Counted from the first letter of the whole stretch, positions 35,025 through 49,900 are shown. The stretch: 61,715 nucleotides of DNA, filler included, from Choristocarpus tenellus KU-1152 (GCA_964200185.2; 13 parts of 13 records of this genome joined end to end with filler, not necessarily neighbours in it); one strand, 5' to 3'. Notes: generated by a model not told the origin, from the letters alone. Program-made: numbers and translations.

Positions 35025-36792
35025 CTCTCGAGTGAATCAACGAAAAAATCCTCTGACGAGGCAACCCCCTTGCGATCCCACTTCGGACGGGATGATAAAC
35101 CACACCCTAGCCAGTCCTTGGCCATCACATGAATGGAGGTCGATATCTCTCCTAGGTTGAGATGCCATCCTCCCACGCCCATTCCGTACCCGTGGCAGAG
35201 GACCAGGGGAACCTGCAGCAGGGAACATGTCGCGGGATAACTTAGGGTTAGGGTTAGGGTTAGGCATGCAAGCGCGAAGTGCAAAAAAACATGTCACGGG
35301 ATACATGCCACGGGATAGCTTGTCACAAGACAGAAGAGGGGGAGGGGGGGGTTGCGTAGCTTGACTTTTTGCGAGAGATGAAAATGCTTGGTAAGGGTAT
35401 GTATGTCTTTTTTTTCCATCTAGAACCGAAAAAAGCATACTGCTGATATACTATGAAATACGTAGTTTTGAAACTCTGGGCTCCTGCGGGCTGAGAAATC
35501 TGGGGAAACAAAAGAGGAGGGAAATGGACGGAAGGGGAACAAAGCTAGGCACCGCGACCAACCTTGGACTTCCCCCTGCCTCCCTCCACGGTGTGAATGT
35601 GCTGGTCCTCCCCAATGTCAGAGTCGAACACTCGTAGGTTAATGGAATCCTTTGGAGCGGCACAGGAAGGAACGGAAGGAGAAGGGTGTGTGACGAGACT
35701 CTCAAGTAGTGCCCGCATCGAGGGTTGCAATGGTGCACACAAAGACAATCTGTAATGACACCATTGATTGTACTGTTGCGTAGAATAAATTTGACGGGGC
35801 GTACCCTCCCTACTCCCATTCATTTTGGTCGCAAAAACGGGCATTAATGGATAGGCTAGAGTCACTGTTGTTTGGGTCAAATCGGGCATCGGTAGAAGTA
35901 CTACATATTCACAATAACAGGAGGAAGTCATCACAGATAACTCATTTCGAGGATCCGTAGAATTAAGGAGCGGCTACTCCTGCTTGTAAGCAATGGATCT
36001 AAGGTCGCTCCTCATGGGTGGTAGTCTTTCCCGCCAACCACGCAGGGTATGCCTGGAGCACCGCCCAGTCTATTATGGTAAGGGGAGTGCAAAAGTATTT
36101 GCAGTGTGAGGCATGGGACCTCCAAAAGCATGCCAAGTTGTTGTGTCATACAGCCGTTGCAATTAGTAAGCAGTGTTCGCTAGGAGCCAAACAAAGACGA
36201 AAATTCGAAATCTTGTCAAAAACGTTTGTCCTTCGTAGAGTAGTGCACACTCCATAACTTCCACAAAACATACCAAGAAAGATTGGAACAACCACTAAAA
36301 ATGCAGTATGTGGTAGTGTCTCTCACGTTCTATGCAAAACTGAAAATATTTAGGTCGCAAACGCAAGAGCTTGCATTTCCATCAGGGTGGAAACTGAGAC
36401 GCAGGAAAACAAACCTGACCTCCTGTCACACCCCTGGCCCTCTGATACAATGTCTGCAATAGCAAGGGGATAACCTCAAGGGATGGCAAGCTCCAAGGCT
36501 CAGGTATTAAGAATTTCTAGTAAGGGGAGCAAAGACATCGGACTAGCAACACGGTCCACAACATTGGTCTCACCAACAAACTTCCTTCGGCAATACGCAG
36601 GTCCTCCAGGGAACTCGCAGTCCAGCGCATCCTTTCCAAGGATTTCCTCACTGACACACCGGCGCATGCCATCGCCCCTTCTGCTTTCGACTTCTCACTC
36701 GTGTCAACCAGTCGGTTCTGCGTCGTTGCGTCCACGTCTCCTCCTCGCGCCTGGCCAATCGAGTCGTCTGCCTGACTATTCGCCTGGCCCAT
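35025..36792 (-). CDS. ABHD4/ABHD5 (CGI-58/Ict1/Cld1-like) alpha/beta hydrolase-acyltransferase, first three exons
   Basis: Exons 36792-36574, 35649-35563, 35212-35025 in phase: RWTASSLEDLRIAEGSLL/..HIHTVE../PLVLCHGYGMGVGGW..DWLGCGLSSRP..EDFFVDSLE. Confidence 0.85.
35242..35264 (+). repeat. Short interstitial telomeric tract (TTAGGG)3+; others near 7932, 19633, 28655, 29130, 33180, 40050, 47607, 61304
   Basis: Direct reading, both orientations, mostly intronic or at TE junctions. Confidence 0.8.
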
Positions 36793-37289
36793 CCCCAAAC
36801 CCTTGATGTCACGACAATAAAACCCTCTGTTGCCGTTCTCCCCTACGCGACCCCCAAGAAGAATCTCCAGTCTTTATCACCTCCTCGTAGTTGGGATAAT
36901 TTTCTCAGAGTAAGCAGTCAATATTAGTACCCTTTTAAGGCATGGTAGAGGATTTATGTTTACCAATAAGGCGTGTGTGTAGGCAATTAGACAGGTTTGG
37001 GGTAATATTGGAAAAGAACCTGATTTGTCGCCATACAAACACGCAAATGCCACCATTCCAATGTACATCCTGCACACTTGATGGTGTGCTTTGCAGTGAA
37101 AGGCCACCTTTTTATTATAGTAATAACTTAATGGCTGGCCGCTTTGTGTTCCTCTTGTTGGGATCAAGTGGATAGCAAGGTCACGGGCTTGGTGTTGGAG
37201 GTCAGGAGAGCTGGTCTGCTTGTAACTTAAGACACCATATCCTTTGGTCTCAACGCGAAGGGCGAACTTCTTGCCAAAAATCTACTCAT

Positions 37290-37505
37290 TTTAGATGTCG
37301 AGTCCTTGGAGAAACTTTGGCGCTTTGTTAAAATTGGTCAAAAGCACCGTCCTGCACGACCAGGCTGGTGATGATGAGAAGAGTAAAGGGAGGGCCTGCA
37401 GAAGGTGAAGGACACCCTTGATAAATTCCCCTTGTGCTACATCTATGACATTGCTGAGAAGGGGCTGTTTTACAAGTTGTTGCCATCCAAGGCGAATCTT
37501 CCAAA
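37290..37505 (+). mobile_element. pogo/Tigger (Tc1-mariner superfamily) transposase relic
   Basis: STVLHDQAG.. then, after a frameshift, LDKFPLCYIYDIAEKGLFYKLLPSK, matching the LHGEA..IYNxDETGLFYKLLP consensus with the catalytic Asp lost. Confidence 0.7.
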
Positions 37506-38040
37506 TGGAGAAGAAAAAAAACTGTGAGGGATACGAAGGGTATGATAAAGGGAAAGCATTGTGTTTCACCCTAGAGTGGTACCAGTAGCTTCGCCCTCTG
37601 GGGTTGTCCCGTCACATCTTTTGATGTCGATATCGTATTAAAAAAATTAAATCACATTCGTGATGCCCATCACAAGGCACTCCAGAGTACGGGCTTTGTG
37701 TTTATTTTTCGCCATTTTTTCCTTTATTGAAGAAAGACCGCTCATATTGGGATTCGAACCCTGGATTGTAGGTCACCAAGAGTGGGAGCAAATACATTAT
37801 TTCTTTATTAAAGTATAGGGCTTACGCAGGGAAAAAATCTCCCCACCCTTTCTTCATGTGTGTTCGCGAACCCATTCTTTGACCTCGGCAAGGATGTCCT
37901 CATCAACGCCCTGAACGAAACGCCTCTCATAGCGCCCTTGNNNNNNNNNNNNNNNNNNNNNNNNNNNNNNNNNNNNNNNNNNNNTTAATTAATTAANNNN
38001 NNNNNNNNNNNNNNNNNNNNNNNNNNNNNNNNNNNNNNNN

Positions 38041-41000
38041 CTTTGATATCAGTCCCCTCCTCCCCCCCCTCCCCCCCCTCCACTGCCACAACAGTCTCTT
38101 CCATGCCTCCTGATTCTGTGCCCTTGGCCAAGGCACTGCTTTGAACAACTCGTCCTGAGGCACCCTTAAAGAGGCATGACTCAACCTCTCCCCCTTTCCA
38201 CTCCCCACTACCTTTACTACCACTCTCTCTTGCACCCCTTGAGTGTTCGGCACCCCCCCCATCCCCCTCCCATTGCTCTTTTGCACCTTGATCACTCCCC
38301 TCCCCCTCCTCTTCCTTGTCTATATCACTACCCCATTGTCCCATCTCAAGCTTGAGAAAGCTCCCACTATCCCCCCTACCCCCCCAAGCAGTTTTTTCTT
38401 TTTTTTCTTCTCCAGTTGCTGAGGGTGTGTCCAGAGGGAGGTTGACTATGGTATCAGCCAGGGCAGCTTCTCCTGCCTGCGTACCTGAGGTCAATGGATT
38501 GAAGGCCTCCGTCGTAGAATTGGAAACCCCAACATCCTGAGAGAGAGAATGGAACAGACATGCAACACCGAGATAAGATCAGCACAAAGAACCACAAGTG
38601 TACAACGCAATGTTGGCGACATTAAAAAAATCAGAAAGGGATAAGGGTAGATAGGCAGGAGGGAAGGGGGGTGGGGGCAGGGATATTGAAGTGCCAAGGG
38701 AAGGTAGGAGGCAGGGGATTGACTTGTGAAAGGAATAATAAGCGCTCCAATGACTTCATCCTTAAGTAGACTTGTTCCTAGAATAAACTCGTGATTTGCA
38801 GCAACATGACTGTGCAGGGATGAGGTGTAACATTGTGCACAGGATGGGAGTCTGCACTTGCCTCCCTTTACCTTCCACTTAATCTCTGCAATCCCCCAAC
38901 CCTCAGCTCTCTCTCTCTCTCTCCCTCTCTCTCTCTCTCCCTCTCTCTCTCCCTCACACACACACACTCTCAAAGCCCCAAGAAATTACCCCATTTCAAG
39001 AGATGAGCGCCCAAACTTCCCTTTCGGTGAGACAGGTCACCTCCCCCTTTCACATGGGTTGTGCTCAAGACAAAGGAGAGAGTCTGCCTTCTCCTACAAG
39101 ATTAACCCTTTCATATTCAGTGTGGTAACCAAAGCTCCATCAAAAAAGTGCCAAGTATCCACAAACAAACATGAACACAAATGCCCCTGAACACAAAGGC
39201 ATGTTAACACACTCCGAGATTCCCCTTCCCATCCCTTCCCTTCATCAAGTGGATGACCCGTTGTACTATATATTACCATTAACACTAACACACCTTGACA
39301 TCCGCCTTTTCAGACCCCTGGGCATTGCACTCAGCGACAACTGAGTGCAGATCCAAACCAGGCAGCTGCACACACCAAACATACAATGCAAAAAGGAGAG
39401 GAATTCACAGGGTGGGAGGAATGTGGGGGAAAATATGATGGCTATGTACAACAGAGAGACATACACAGAGGTCAAGAAGTCTTCAACATCCTGTATCAGC
39501 TAAATCTTGAGCTCAGAACTCCTATGAGTGATTGCAAGAGGACAAAAGACGAGGATGGGCCTGCCTAAATATCTCTTGCCCCCTCGTCATTGCCTCTTTT
39601 CCTGAGTGTTATTGAGATAACTGGATATAGATGTGAATATCTAAGAAGTGATCCATTTATGTAGCTCATTTACAGGTTACACAGGACGGACAAGAGGATC
39701 ATGCCCCAAAACTCGGCTTGCAAGGAGCATTAACAAATCGTTTAGTTCTAAAACCTTTTATGGTATGACAAGAAATTATACTACATTGTACAAATCATCT
39801 ACGGCTATCCCTAATCCAACTACTGAATCTTCTGGATTATATATACACAACTCGTCCATGAATGTTGATGAGTTTTATACAAAACTAAATTGGCATCCCT
39901 TAAAACTATTACAACTCTAAGACCTATATAGGTATCAACCGAAAATCACTCCACACATGTGCAGATAAGTTGTACAAGTAAATGCTCTGTTGGGAAATAT
40001 GAAGTTTACATAGGTGGGTAGAACATGAACAAGTAATCCTCCATGAAATAGGGTTAGGGTTTTATTCTCACAAGACTGTGACTTTTTTCCACACGACAAA
40101 ATTAAATCTCTTCTTCACAGAGAATTAGTAGCATGTTTAGTGGAATGTTAATTCTCAACGGTCTTGCCTCCCTTCCATGACAAGGTATAATTGAAGATTA
40201 CTTGTCCCAGACAATTCATCGAGTTAATTGCTCAATATATAAATTGGCTGTGGTAGTAGGAAAAACATGACAACTCTGATCTATGACACAATCAGCCATT
40301 GAGTGGGACCCATCACCAAGCTAAGTGTACAGGAGAAGTACATGTAATTTAGATGTCAGATGTGAGAACTGTTCCAGTCAAACATCCTGGCTATTACTGA
40401 AACAACTTTCAGTGCCTCATCAGGGAAGGGAGGGATGTCCAAATTTGTGCAATACAGCAGATCTATCCTTGCTTGTGGAGGTAAAATACCACCAGTGCCC
40501 TGTGTTTTCATGAGGGAAAAATAGAACTGAACACACTATTCACATGAACACTAGATGTGAACATCTGTAGGAAAGGAGTGTGTGTGCACATATGTACTCA
40601 CCCTGGAACTACATGCAACATATAAACCAAAAATTGTCACACTGCCGCATTATGATTCCAAAAATAAAAAAGCTCAAAACTCGATTTTATATGCATCGAC
40701 TGCTGGAACTGGTACCTCTAAACAATCCTGAGGGGGTAGGGGAAGAGGCCTTCAACTGACTCGGGTTGATACATAGCAAGTGGAGAAATATGCAAACAGC
40801 ATGCTCCAACTGGTGAAAATGAAATTTTTTAACCCCCACCCTGTGCAACACAACCCACAGGCACCAGAATAGCCCCGGATGACCCCTTCCCACCTTCCAA
40901 CCATTTTCCAAAGCTCTCCCCCCTCCTCTCACCTTGACAAAAGAAGGGATTTTTCCTCTAAGTAGACTCAACACTCCCACCCCACTCCCTGGCTCTGTCT

Positions 41001-42663
41001 GCTCTTTAGCCGCCTGTGAAGCCTCCGTGGAACTCCCTGCACCTGTCCACACCCCTGCCCCACAACCATCTGGAAGCGAGAGCTCCTGCACCTCCAGGCA
41101 CACCAGGAGTGGTACCCTGGACTTCGTTGAGAAGTGCATTGATTCCCGGGGGTGTATAGCACGTATCTGACAAAAGGTGAAAGAATCAGCATAGAGAGGA
41201 GAGAGGGGGTGAGTAAGAGAGATTGTAGGGAGGATGGCAAACGAGGAGAAGTGCGCACACAGTGAAGGGGCTGTAGACCAAGCAATACTTAGGAGATAGC
41301 AGCACCCCAGGAACACAAGCAGCATTCTCAATCGAGCCAGAAAGTTATCCCGTCAATGGGTATGGGGCTGCAGCATCACACTCCCCTGTTAGTAAACTAC
41401 ACCGAGACCAGTCACACGAGTCACATGGCAGGATGAAAAGAAGAAGTGTGGATTGGACTGGAGTCCAACAAAGAGGTATAAATGGGCACGAACTGTTGGA
41501 AAGATTAAATCAAGCGACGGGAAGGACTTCAGGAAGGAGCAGGACCAGGAAGGTGATCACCTTGTGGAAGCCTGGTCGTAGAGGTACATAGAGGAGATGT
41601 GAACCCTCGGCCCTCCTGGAGAGGAAGAACTCATTGAGTCGGTTCAGTCCCTCAATGAGTCTGTCTGTCCTCGCCTTTGGAGGGACGGTTCCTAGCTCCT
41701 CTGCGAGGGATAGAAGGCTCTCCACAAAGAACCTGCTTGAGAAGAGGTCAATTAAAAAAATTGACCATTACAATGTATCAGTATGAAGAGGAATTGAATT
41801 TACAGGTAACAAGACGGTAAATGACCCTAATCTGACAAAACGATGTTTTGCCCTTGTTTGGGCTCTGAACTGAGACCACGTTGAATCAGCCATACCTCAT
41901 ATTTCAAATTCAAACCCCATATTCAATCCTGCAGCTACATTGAGATTGTGGGTCTTGTTCCAAAGTTCAACAAAAAAACAAAAGATTACTTGCTTTCTTA
42001 CAATTTGTTTCAGCCTTGCTAGACACACGAATGTAATGCAAGGCAACATAATCAGCAAGACCGATAAACTCCAAAGAAAGATTTCTCACATAAATCACCC
42101 CATCAGGACTCCCAGTGATACTTGCTCCTCCTGCCACTGGTAAAACATATATGATACAACATGCAGCAGTGCTCCAAAACTCTGATCTCAGTTTGCTGAG
42201 AGACTTCTAAAATTCTGAAAATGCCTGACACTATTCTATTTTTATGCTCAAAACCACGCAGTTAAGCTCAACAGGCACAACAATAGTGGGAGACCAGAGT
42301 AGGACCAGGACATGCACTCATGCACACAGGCAATGCATCTAACAATCAAAACACACACACAGACATGCAACTTAGCTCTACGCCAAAACAGGCATGATAT
42401 CTCACATGGCTGGGTCATAATGCTCAGGAAGGGTGTCATCATTGTCGTCATCATCGTCATCCTCCTCCTCCTCCTCCTCCTTCACCTCTTTCTTGTCCTC
42501 CTCTGCTTCAGCCAAATTATCATGCCTCACTGGGGCCTTCCTCCCCCCCTCCTCAACATCTCCTAAAGCCACACCCCCAGGCAGAGCCCCTGAACCTGCC
42601 CTCACCCCTTGCCCCCCCCTCCCCTCTCCCCCCTCCCCCTCCCTCACCCTTCCCCGCAACCAA
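38041..42663 (-). CDS. PI4KB: Phosphatidylinositol 4-kinase beta (PIK1-type), four internal exons
   Basis: Exons >42663-42406, 41732-41561, 41166-40933, 38536-<38041 in phase: FFVESLLSLAEEL..LIEGLNRLN..LYVPL/IRAIHPRESMHFSTKSRVPLLVCLEV, the N-lobe signature of type III-beta PI4Ks. Catalytic C-lobe off-contig. Confidence 0.75.
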
Positions 42664-45633
42664 NNNNNNNNNNNNNNNNNNNNNNNNNNNNNNNNNNNNN
42701 NNNNNNNTTAATTAATTAANNNNNNNNNNNNNNNNNNNNNNNNNNNNNNNNNNNNNNNNNNNNCATGTGAGGCTTCACACCTTCTTATCTTCACTACTAA
42801 CAAATAGCATTACCTCCCAAGGTAATTTGCACATTGTCATCATATGTTCATCAACTCTTTGCACATGTTGTAAAAAGGAGAGCCCCAAAACTACACTACT
42901 AGTCTAATATATATCACTCCTCCCTCTACACGAAAGACAAGGGATTAGTAATAATTCGTAGAACTCTACATTGCTTCGAAATCCTACTTGTTTAGAACTA
43001 TTGAACAGTTGTGGCGTGTTGTTGTGCCCATCTAACTACACTTCTATTCTCGTTCGCATCCCTAGCTCGGTGGTTGGTTTGTTTTTTGATCGCCTTGTTC
43101 AGCTGTTCAGAATTATATTTGGTGCCCAGTTGTGATGGTACGAAGGGTAGAGACAGGAGAGGTTATTCTATTGATTTAATAGGTGCGTGCACAATACTAT
43201 TTTGGTGGTCGGTTGGGCGGGACAACATTAACCTATCATCTCCAAAACGTCCTCCAAATCATGACGAAAACATTTAATCTATGTATTTTGACTAAAATTG
43301 TCTGCATATACATCTCCAAACAGATTTATTGCGGGTGTTCTATTTTCGGGCAGGGTTTTGAACGCATCCATCTCTGTGGAGACTGCCTTCTTTTCCAAGA
43401 CTGGGCTCTATCACGGACCTTCCAGAGGTGTACCATCTGCACAGCTGGGTATGTGTGGTACAATGTGTGATTTGCCCAACATGGGCGCCCAGCAGGGCAG
43501 GGGTACGTAGTATCTTCTACCACCCTCAATGCTCACAGGTTGGGAAAGGATTCGATTGATCCAATGGGTGGACTAACAATACTCCCATACCCTCGCGGAC
43601 ACCCACCATCTAGTCCTAAAGTTCAATCAAGCAGGTGGTGATTTTTTCAATGCCCAGCCGGCATCCCCTCCCGAGCAAAACTGCCCGTCATGCTTCATGG
43701 AGGGGTGGCGATATCGTTCGCCATGCCTTCTCCAGAAATATATATCCGTTCTATCTATTGTTTACTTTCCCTGGAATCAGATGCATAAGGGAAATATATG
43801 CAGTGAAACAGTGGAGTAACATGGGATTAAGCTAATATCTTGCACGTTGCAAACGAGAGAATTATGTAGTCTTCGGCACAGAGATATTAACTATATATAT
43901 ATATATTTAAGACCCATCACTATGCAGTAGTATTAAAGTGGCTCTGCGATTAATATGTGGTATATTACAACAGAGATTTGTTTAAGGTTTGATATAGAGA
44001 AGTAGATGTAGCTGAATGTGTAGAGCATATCTTGTACGACAATTACATAGGGCTTAGGGTCAGATTGTATACTAGATTCTACTCGGATTGACCCATTGAA
44101 TCTTTGAGGGGGGGGTGTTTAGACCAGGTTGTCCATTTGGGGCTTGATGGGGTATTCTAATATTGTTACCGGCGCCCCTCAGAACTCACCTCCACAGGAG
44201 GATATGCAACTCAAATCCAACGACCTTAAAACGACCACAGATGATAACCACGTACGGTGTCAGTTGATGCCTTAGCTCAGTCAATATCTTGTCTCGCTTT
44301 TCGCTTTATCAAAAGGAACTGAGGGCGTGGTGATCTTCATCAGTTTTCTATTAACATCATTCACCATTTTTCCACGGCCAAAGAGTTAAATGAAGTCTGC
44401 AAACTGCTAAGTAGATACTTCAATCATAAATCTTTATTCTGCAACTTCCAGGAATCGACATCTATTCTGTAAGATTATGTTTGAATTTAAAATCTTACTC
44501 TGCATCTCCTATCAAATCATCATTTATTCTGTAAGGCTACCTATGTGTTACTAATATCGTATATTGTTTGCACTTGTTAGAACGCGAGAAACAATCCTCA
44601 CACTATACGTCTGTCACAAATGTTCGTGTTTGCTACAACATGGGAAGAAATGCTCGCACTATTCGCGTGTAACAAAAGATCGCACTTCATTGGAACACAA
44701 GAAGAAACTCTCGCGCTGTTCGCCTGTAACAAGATACCCCAGTTTGATGCCCATTCTGCGGGTGATTCCACATCGGATTTGGTTCAGGCAGGGGGATGGA
44801 AAGGAAGGTGCGTTCAGATGAAGGAAATTGCCCTTACATCTGACACATTCATTCGTGTGACATGAATATCGCTCCAGATTCACAAAGGCCCCCCAATGAA
44901 CACTGAACCTCTCCTCTAGGATACTCTGGGTCATTTTGTTGTTAGAACTCCGATAATTATGCTTGACTGACTGCACGATAACAGCCAGAGCCAAATGCAT
45001 TTACATAAAAAGACTGCATCTGTAGTTTTGTTTCTGAAGTAAATCACAACCAAGTATGGATGGGTTCACAGCGTCTCTGCTATGGAATAGCAGTTGGAAC
45101 TTCAAAGCAACCACGATAGAGCAGTAGTTCACAATCAGCGTGTTGTAGCTGTGGGATTTTGTATGTGAAACATTGACTACACGAGTGGATCTGACACTAG
45201 GTTGACTCCATGATAAATTTATTTGCAGCAGCGCTATATGGGTGCACTAAATCAGTCCACACTTGAGCTCAGCAACCGTGAGACTAACACCAAGAAGCAT
45301 ATTGTTTCTAAAGGCTGTTGAACAAGTCTGCCCTGGCCTTGTTGGACTCAATCTGTTGGAGGATGGTGCTTGTTATCCCTACAGCAGCATTTGATCAGAT
45401 CTTTTGTGTTGTTACCGTGGGGGTGTAGGCGTGGTGAACTCATGACATTCTACGTAGGGGACGGACACTGTTTCTGCACATAATTGTCAGTCATGGGTGA
45501 GAAGGGAGTGTTTTTATACCTCTTGGCTGCTGATAAGGGACAAATAGCACTTCTTTTTTTTTCTTATTGCTGCCCAAGCCACACCCTCTGCGAATGAGTA
45601 TTACATGAGACCTTTACTGCCTTTATAATCAAT

Positions 45634-45891
45634 GTTTCAAAGTATCTTAGAGGATATAGTCATGTCCATTTGAGGACCAAAACCCAATGTTGCGATTTTG
45701 ATGTAATTTGGGCTACGTGTTTATTAGGAAGTGTCAATATCCTTGTTCCAGACACACCTTTTCATGACTTACACATTTTACCTACTCCAAAACGTTTCGG
45801 AGTAGGTAAAATGTCATAAAAAGTCCGTGGGACGCCAAGCCCACAGCGGACAAACAGGGCAAAACTTGTACCCTCTAAGATTATTTCGCTC
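45634..45891 (+). mobile_element. MITE family A, full length, AAT TSD
   Basis: GTTTCAAAGTATCTTAGAGG ... CCTCTAAGATTATTTCGCTC; AAT on both flanks. Confidence 0.87.
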
Positions 45892-46389
45892 AATGTATAC
45901 TAGTTTTGTGTAGATACATACTCGTTCCTGCACTTTGTTCAATTGGATCCACTAAAGTACAAGTAAGGTGCGTTTACAATATACTTTTGTGATAGGAGTC
46001 AGGAGTCGAGGCCCTGAATAAAGGACAAGTGGAATTACCTCAATCACTACTACTCACGGTATGTTTTCTTTTTGGCAGAGACCCATAAAACAACAATTAT
46101 ACACACTGAAAAGCCAATTCGGCCACTTACCAGTATGGTGCGGGGATATTTCGAGAAAGCTAAGGTGCGCTCAATAGTGGATGGGCAAGGATTCTCAGTC
46201 CCATGAGCATATTGGTATCTCAGCCCTCCCTCAACAGAAGTACCGTGACTTGGAAATTTTTCATGTTTAGTTTCCTTAGTGTGGCTAAATGTTAACAACG
46301 TCCAAAGAGTTATGCACAACAACCCTTTTTATCTTACAAAGATGGTGGTAAGACACAAAACGGTGGGGAGGGTGGGACCTTGCTGATGT

Positions 46390-46662
46390 GAGAGTTTATG
46401 AAGTAATCTGAGTTTTGTGGGCGGAAGAATTCTGGTGGACTGGGGGCACAGGACAAGCGTGGGCAGGGGAAAGAAAAAGAAGGAAGCAGGAAGAGGACGA
46501 ATAGTTAAGGAAGGGAAGAAAGGGTTAATGGAAATGAGTGGTAGATAAGGGGAAGATCAGCACCCAGTCAGTGATAAAAGGAAAGAAGACCAGGGGTACA
46601 AGACGAGGAGGGGAGACCAAGGCAACCTCCGAGCAAGCGTCTCCCGCCCACCCACCCTGTCG
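46390..46662 (+). mobile_element. 5' end of the DIRS-like retroelement (third copy)
   Basis: GAGAGTTTATGAAGTAATCTGAGTTTTGTGGGCG... colinear with 53372-53650. Confidence 0.85.
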
Positions 46663-46762
46663 NNNNNNNNNNNNNNNNNNNNNNNNNNNNNNNNNNNNNN
46701 NNNNNNTTAATTAATTAANNNNNNNNNNNNNNNNNNNNNNNNNNNNNNNNNNNNNNNNNNNN

Positions 46763-46837
46763 AATTTAATCAAAATCACAACATTGTATTTTGACCCCCA
46801 AATGGACGCGGCTCTACCCTCTAAGATACTTTGACTC
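46763..46837 (-). mobile_element. MITE family A end at contig start; another at 56471-56608
   Basis: ..CAAATGGACGCGGCTCTACCCTCTAAGATACTTTGACTC. Confidence 0.85.
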
Positions 46838-46945
46838 AATGTACTCTCCAGAGTCCATGATTCCGAACTACCTACTTAACTATTTGTAGCTGTATGATAC
46901 TTGTATGTATGTGCTTATGCGATGGGCTGTGGTTAATTTGCACAG

Positions 46946-49900
46946 GTGTGGGACATTACAACCCAGCAATGCTCTGCAACGCTCACGCACCATAAAGACA
47001 AGGTTCAGGCGGTGGTGTGGCATCCTGAAGAGGCTACAGTGATAGCTACAATGGGGTGAGTGAGGGGATTCCCCAAGCGCAATGAAAGTATGTGTCTTGT
47101 TGGGTGTCTGTTGTAGGGCGGGATGAGAGAGACGGGGGAGAGAGAGAGAGAGAGAGAGATCAGATACAGACGAGAGGAGAGGAAAAAATAATAAAAAAAA
47201 TTCTTTTTGGTGGGGGGTTATGTGTGAGTCAAATCTTGTGTAGTGAGGATATATTGTTACTGAGTCTCGTTATGTTATTTTTGGTTTACAGGGTTGGGGT
47301 TAATACGGTCAGTTTTGAGGGGGATGGGTGTGTGTATCGATTGGTGTAAGGTGGAAGCTTGTCGGTGGGGGTTGGTTGGTTTGATTAGAAATTTGACGGA
47401 TGCTTGAAGGAAGAAGAGGGGGCACATGATGTGGTGGTATGTGTGTTGCTCTTCTCCTTGGCAAGTAGCCGGAAAAAGTCCTCTTCTCGACCATTGTACC
47501 TAGGAGACGGCGGAGTGGTTGTGATAGTGGGATTTAGGAGGCATTTCCTTTGGTTTGTGTGTGACGATCAGTGCAGTATGGCTTGATTTTGTCATCGCTC
47601 TCAGTATTAGGGTTATAGGGTTAGGGTTCCAATATTAAAAAAAAATCCTGTGTTCTGTTTTGTCCCGTGGAGAATAGGTACTGTTGCACCATGATCTGTC
47701 TTCAGAACTCAATTACTTACACTATTACAACTGTACTCTTGGTATCATTCGCCGTGTAAGAATACTTCCCAATGCATTACAAACGCCCCTCCTTCAGGTA
47801 CGACAAGGTGTTGGCCTTGCTGGATGCCAGAGCGGCAGAGCAAGTGGCATCTTATGCACTCACTGCAGACCCAGAGTGCCTCCTGTGGAATCCGCACAAT
47901 CCTGCACAGGTCGGTGCCTTTGTTTGGAGTTGGTTGTGGCAGGCACGAGCCTGTTCAAGAGCGGATCTCGTGGGCGAGGAGGAGAGAGGGTTAACCTGTC
48001 CGGGTGCTTTGGGGCAGTTGTAGTTGCAAGTGCTGTGATGGCGATGTTGGGGTTGTACTTGCCTCTAGGTTTGATGGTGTGTAATGTGTCTGGTTCCGTT
48101 GTACTCCGTGTGTGTGATTGATTTGGAAGAGGGGGTCTAGGTCGAATGCTCCGAAACGATAAGGAGTGCTAGGGATACTTTCTCATTAGAGTCTCATAAG
48201 GGACAATGCTTGCGTATGCTTTTTGGTGTTGATAGAATCTGACATCGACCGGGCGTTGATAGGTTGATTTTGGAGGGAAATCTGATTCGCGCAGAAACGC
48301 TCGAGAAAAGCACTCCTATTGTTGGTAGAAAACCTGCAGGTCACTGCAAACGCAGCAAGTTTAGGAATTCCTTTTTGGGGTGAACGAAAACGCCTACCAC
48401 AAGCACCAGAATGTGTACACAATGCTGGGTGCTATGAGTCCCCATTTTCTTAACCTTGATACTCCCAAGAAGGTGAAACTCGCGACCTGACCCAGAGTGG
48501 TAGTCGATTATGTTAGGTCAGTTGATGGATTCGAGCAACATCACATCCAAACGAAGCCCCAAGGGAAAGGGGTGATGTACCCAACGCAATACCGGGTGGT
48601 CATCCCATAACCCTGCAATCTCACTGGCCCACCTTGAAATGAAACTGAACCGACCTGAAACTGCTTTTAGGCTCAACAGCCTCTTTGATCAGAGCATCAA
48701 ACGGTGGCATGGCTAATAGCAACCTCTCCCTTACCTCCCAACCTCTCCTCTGAAAAGATTCTCACTGGGTCTGAGGATGGGGTGGTATGCTGCCGAGATG
48801 TTCGAAGGGCGGAAAGCCCTGTATTTTCTTTCACTGCCCATGAGAAAGGCGTCTCTGGAATGAGCATCGCCCCGATGGTGCCTGGGATGCTCTCCACCTG
48901 CTCGGATGACAAGCACGTCAGAGTGTGGGACATTGCGGGAGAAGTACCGCTACAGGTGTGGAACTCCCTGCTGTGATGTCTCCGTCTCTCTCACTTACGA
49001 GCCTTCTTTTTTTTTCTCTGAATGTGAAACTTTTTTTTGTGTGGCATTTTTCTGGTCTCTCTGGATTATGTTAAAAAATAATTATCAGTCCCTACGGAGT
49101 GTTTTTTTTAGTTTCAAAACTTTTTTTTCAAGCGGTTTAGGTGGGTTCCGTTGATGTTCTTTTCTTGTTGGCTCTTAAGGAGGAGTACTCTGGAGTGGAT
49201 CCGCAGGAAGGGTGTGTTGCGTACCGTACACCTTCCATGCTCTCATATATATTTTTTTATCAGTTTATTTTTGTCATGACAGAGAGGGAGTTCAGTCCTG
49301 CCGTGTGTGCTTCCAAGAAGTTGATGAAATATATTTCAAGGAGTTGGATGAATATATTACCACATTTGTAGCACACGTAGAGCCCTGCACTATCTAGTGT
49401 AATCACCCTTCTCTCACTTTGTTACCCCCCTCACTCAGCTTGTCGTGTCATATTGTGATCATATCGCTCCATATCTGTTGACATTTGCCTTTCCAAGGTG
49501 GCGTCCAAGGCGATGGCAGTGGGGAAGTTGTTTGCTGTGCAGTATGATGCATCGACTCCATTCCTCCTTGCCACCGGAGGTAGTAAGGGGCAGGTGGCAC
49601 TTTGGCACTCGGACGATGATACTGCTATTGAGAACAGGCAAGGAGCAATGATACACCCCCCCAACAATGCACGCATGCATACGTATATAACATACACACT
49701 TTATGTTACATTTGGCTTGCTGTGTGCTATGAATTCAATGCATTAAGAATGTAGGGTGCTTTTTTTTAAAAATTTGAGCGGGGTCGTGGATGCACGTTTT
49801 GTTCGCGTTGTCCCCATTCTTTTTTCTTTTTTCTTTGTTGCTTTCTTTTTTTTCTAAGTGTGTTTGTGACTGCTGCGTTCTCCCCCACTGCCTGAAGCGC

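Noticed and set aside
44564-44821. SWIM-like CxC..CxH motif suggesting a MULE transposase
   Set aside because: Short motif within a small local duplication, with no other transposase motifs or TIRs.
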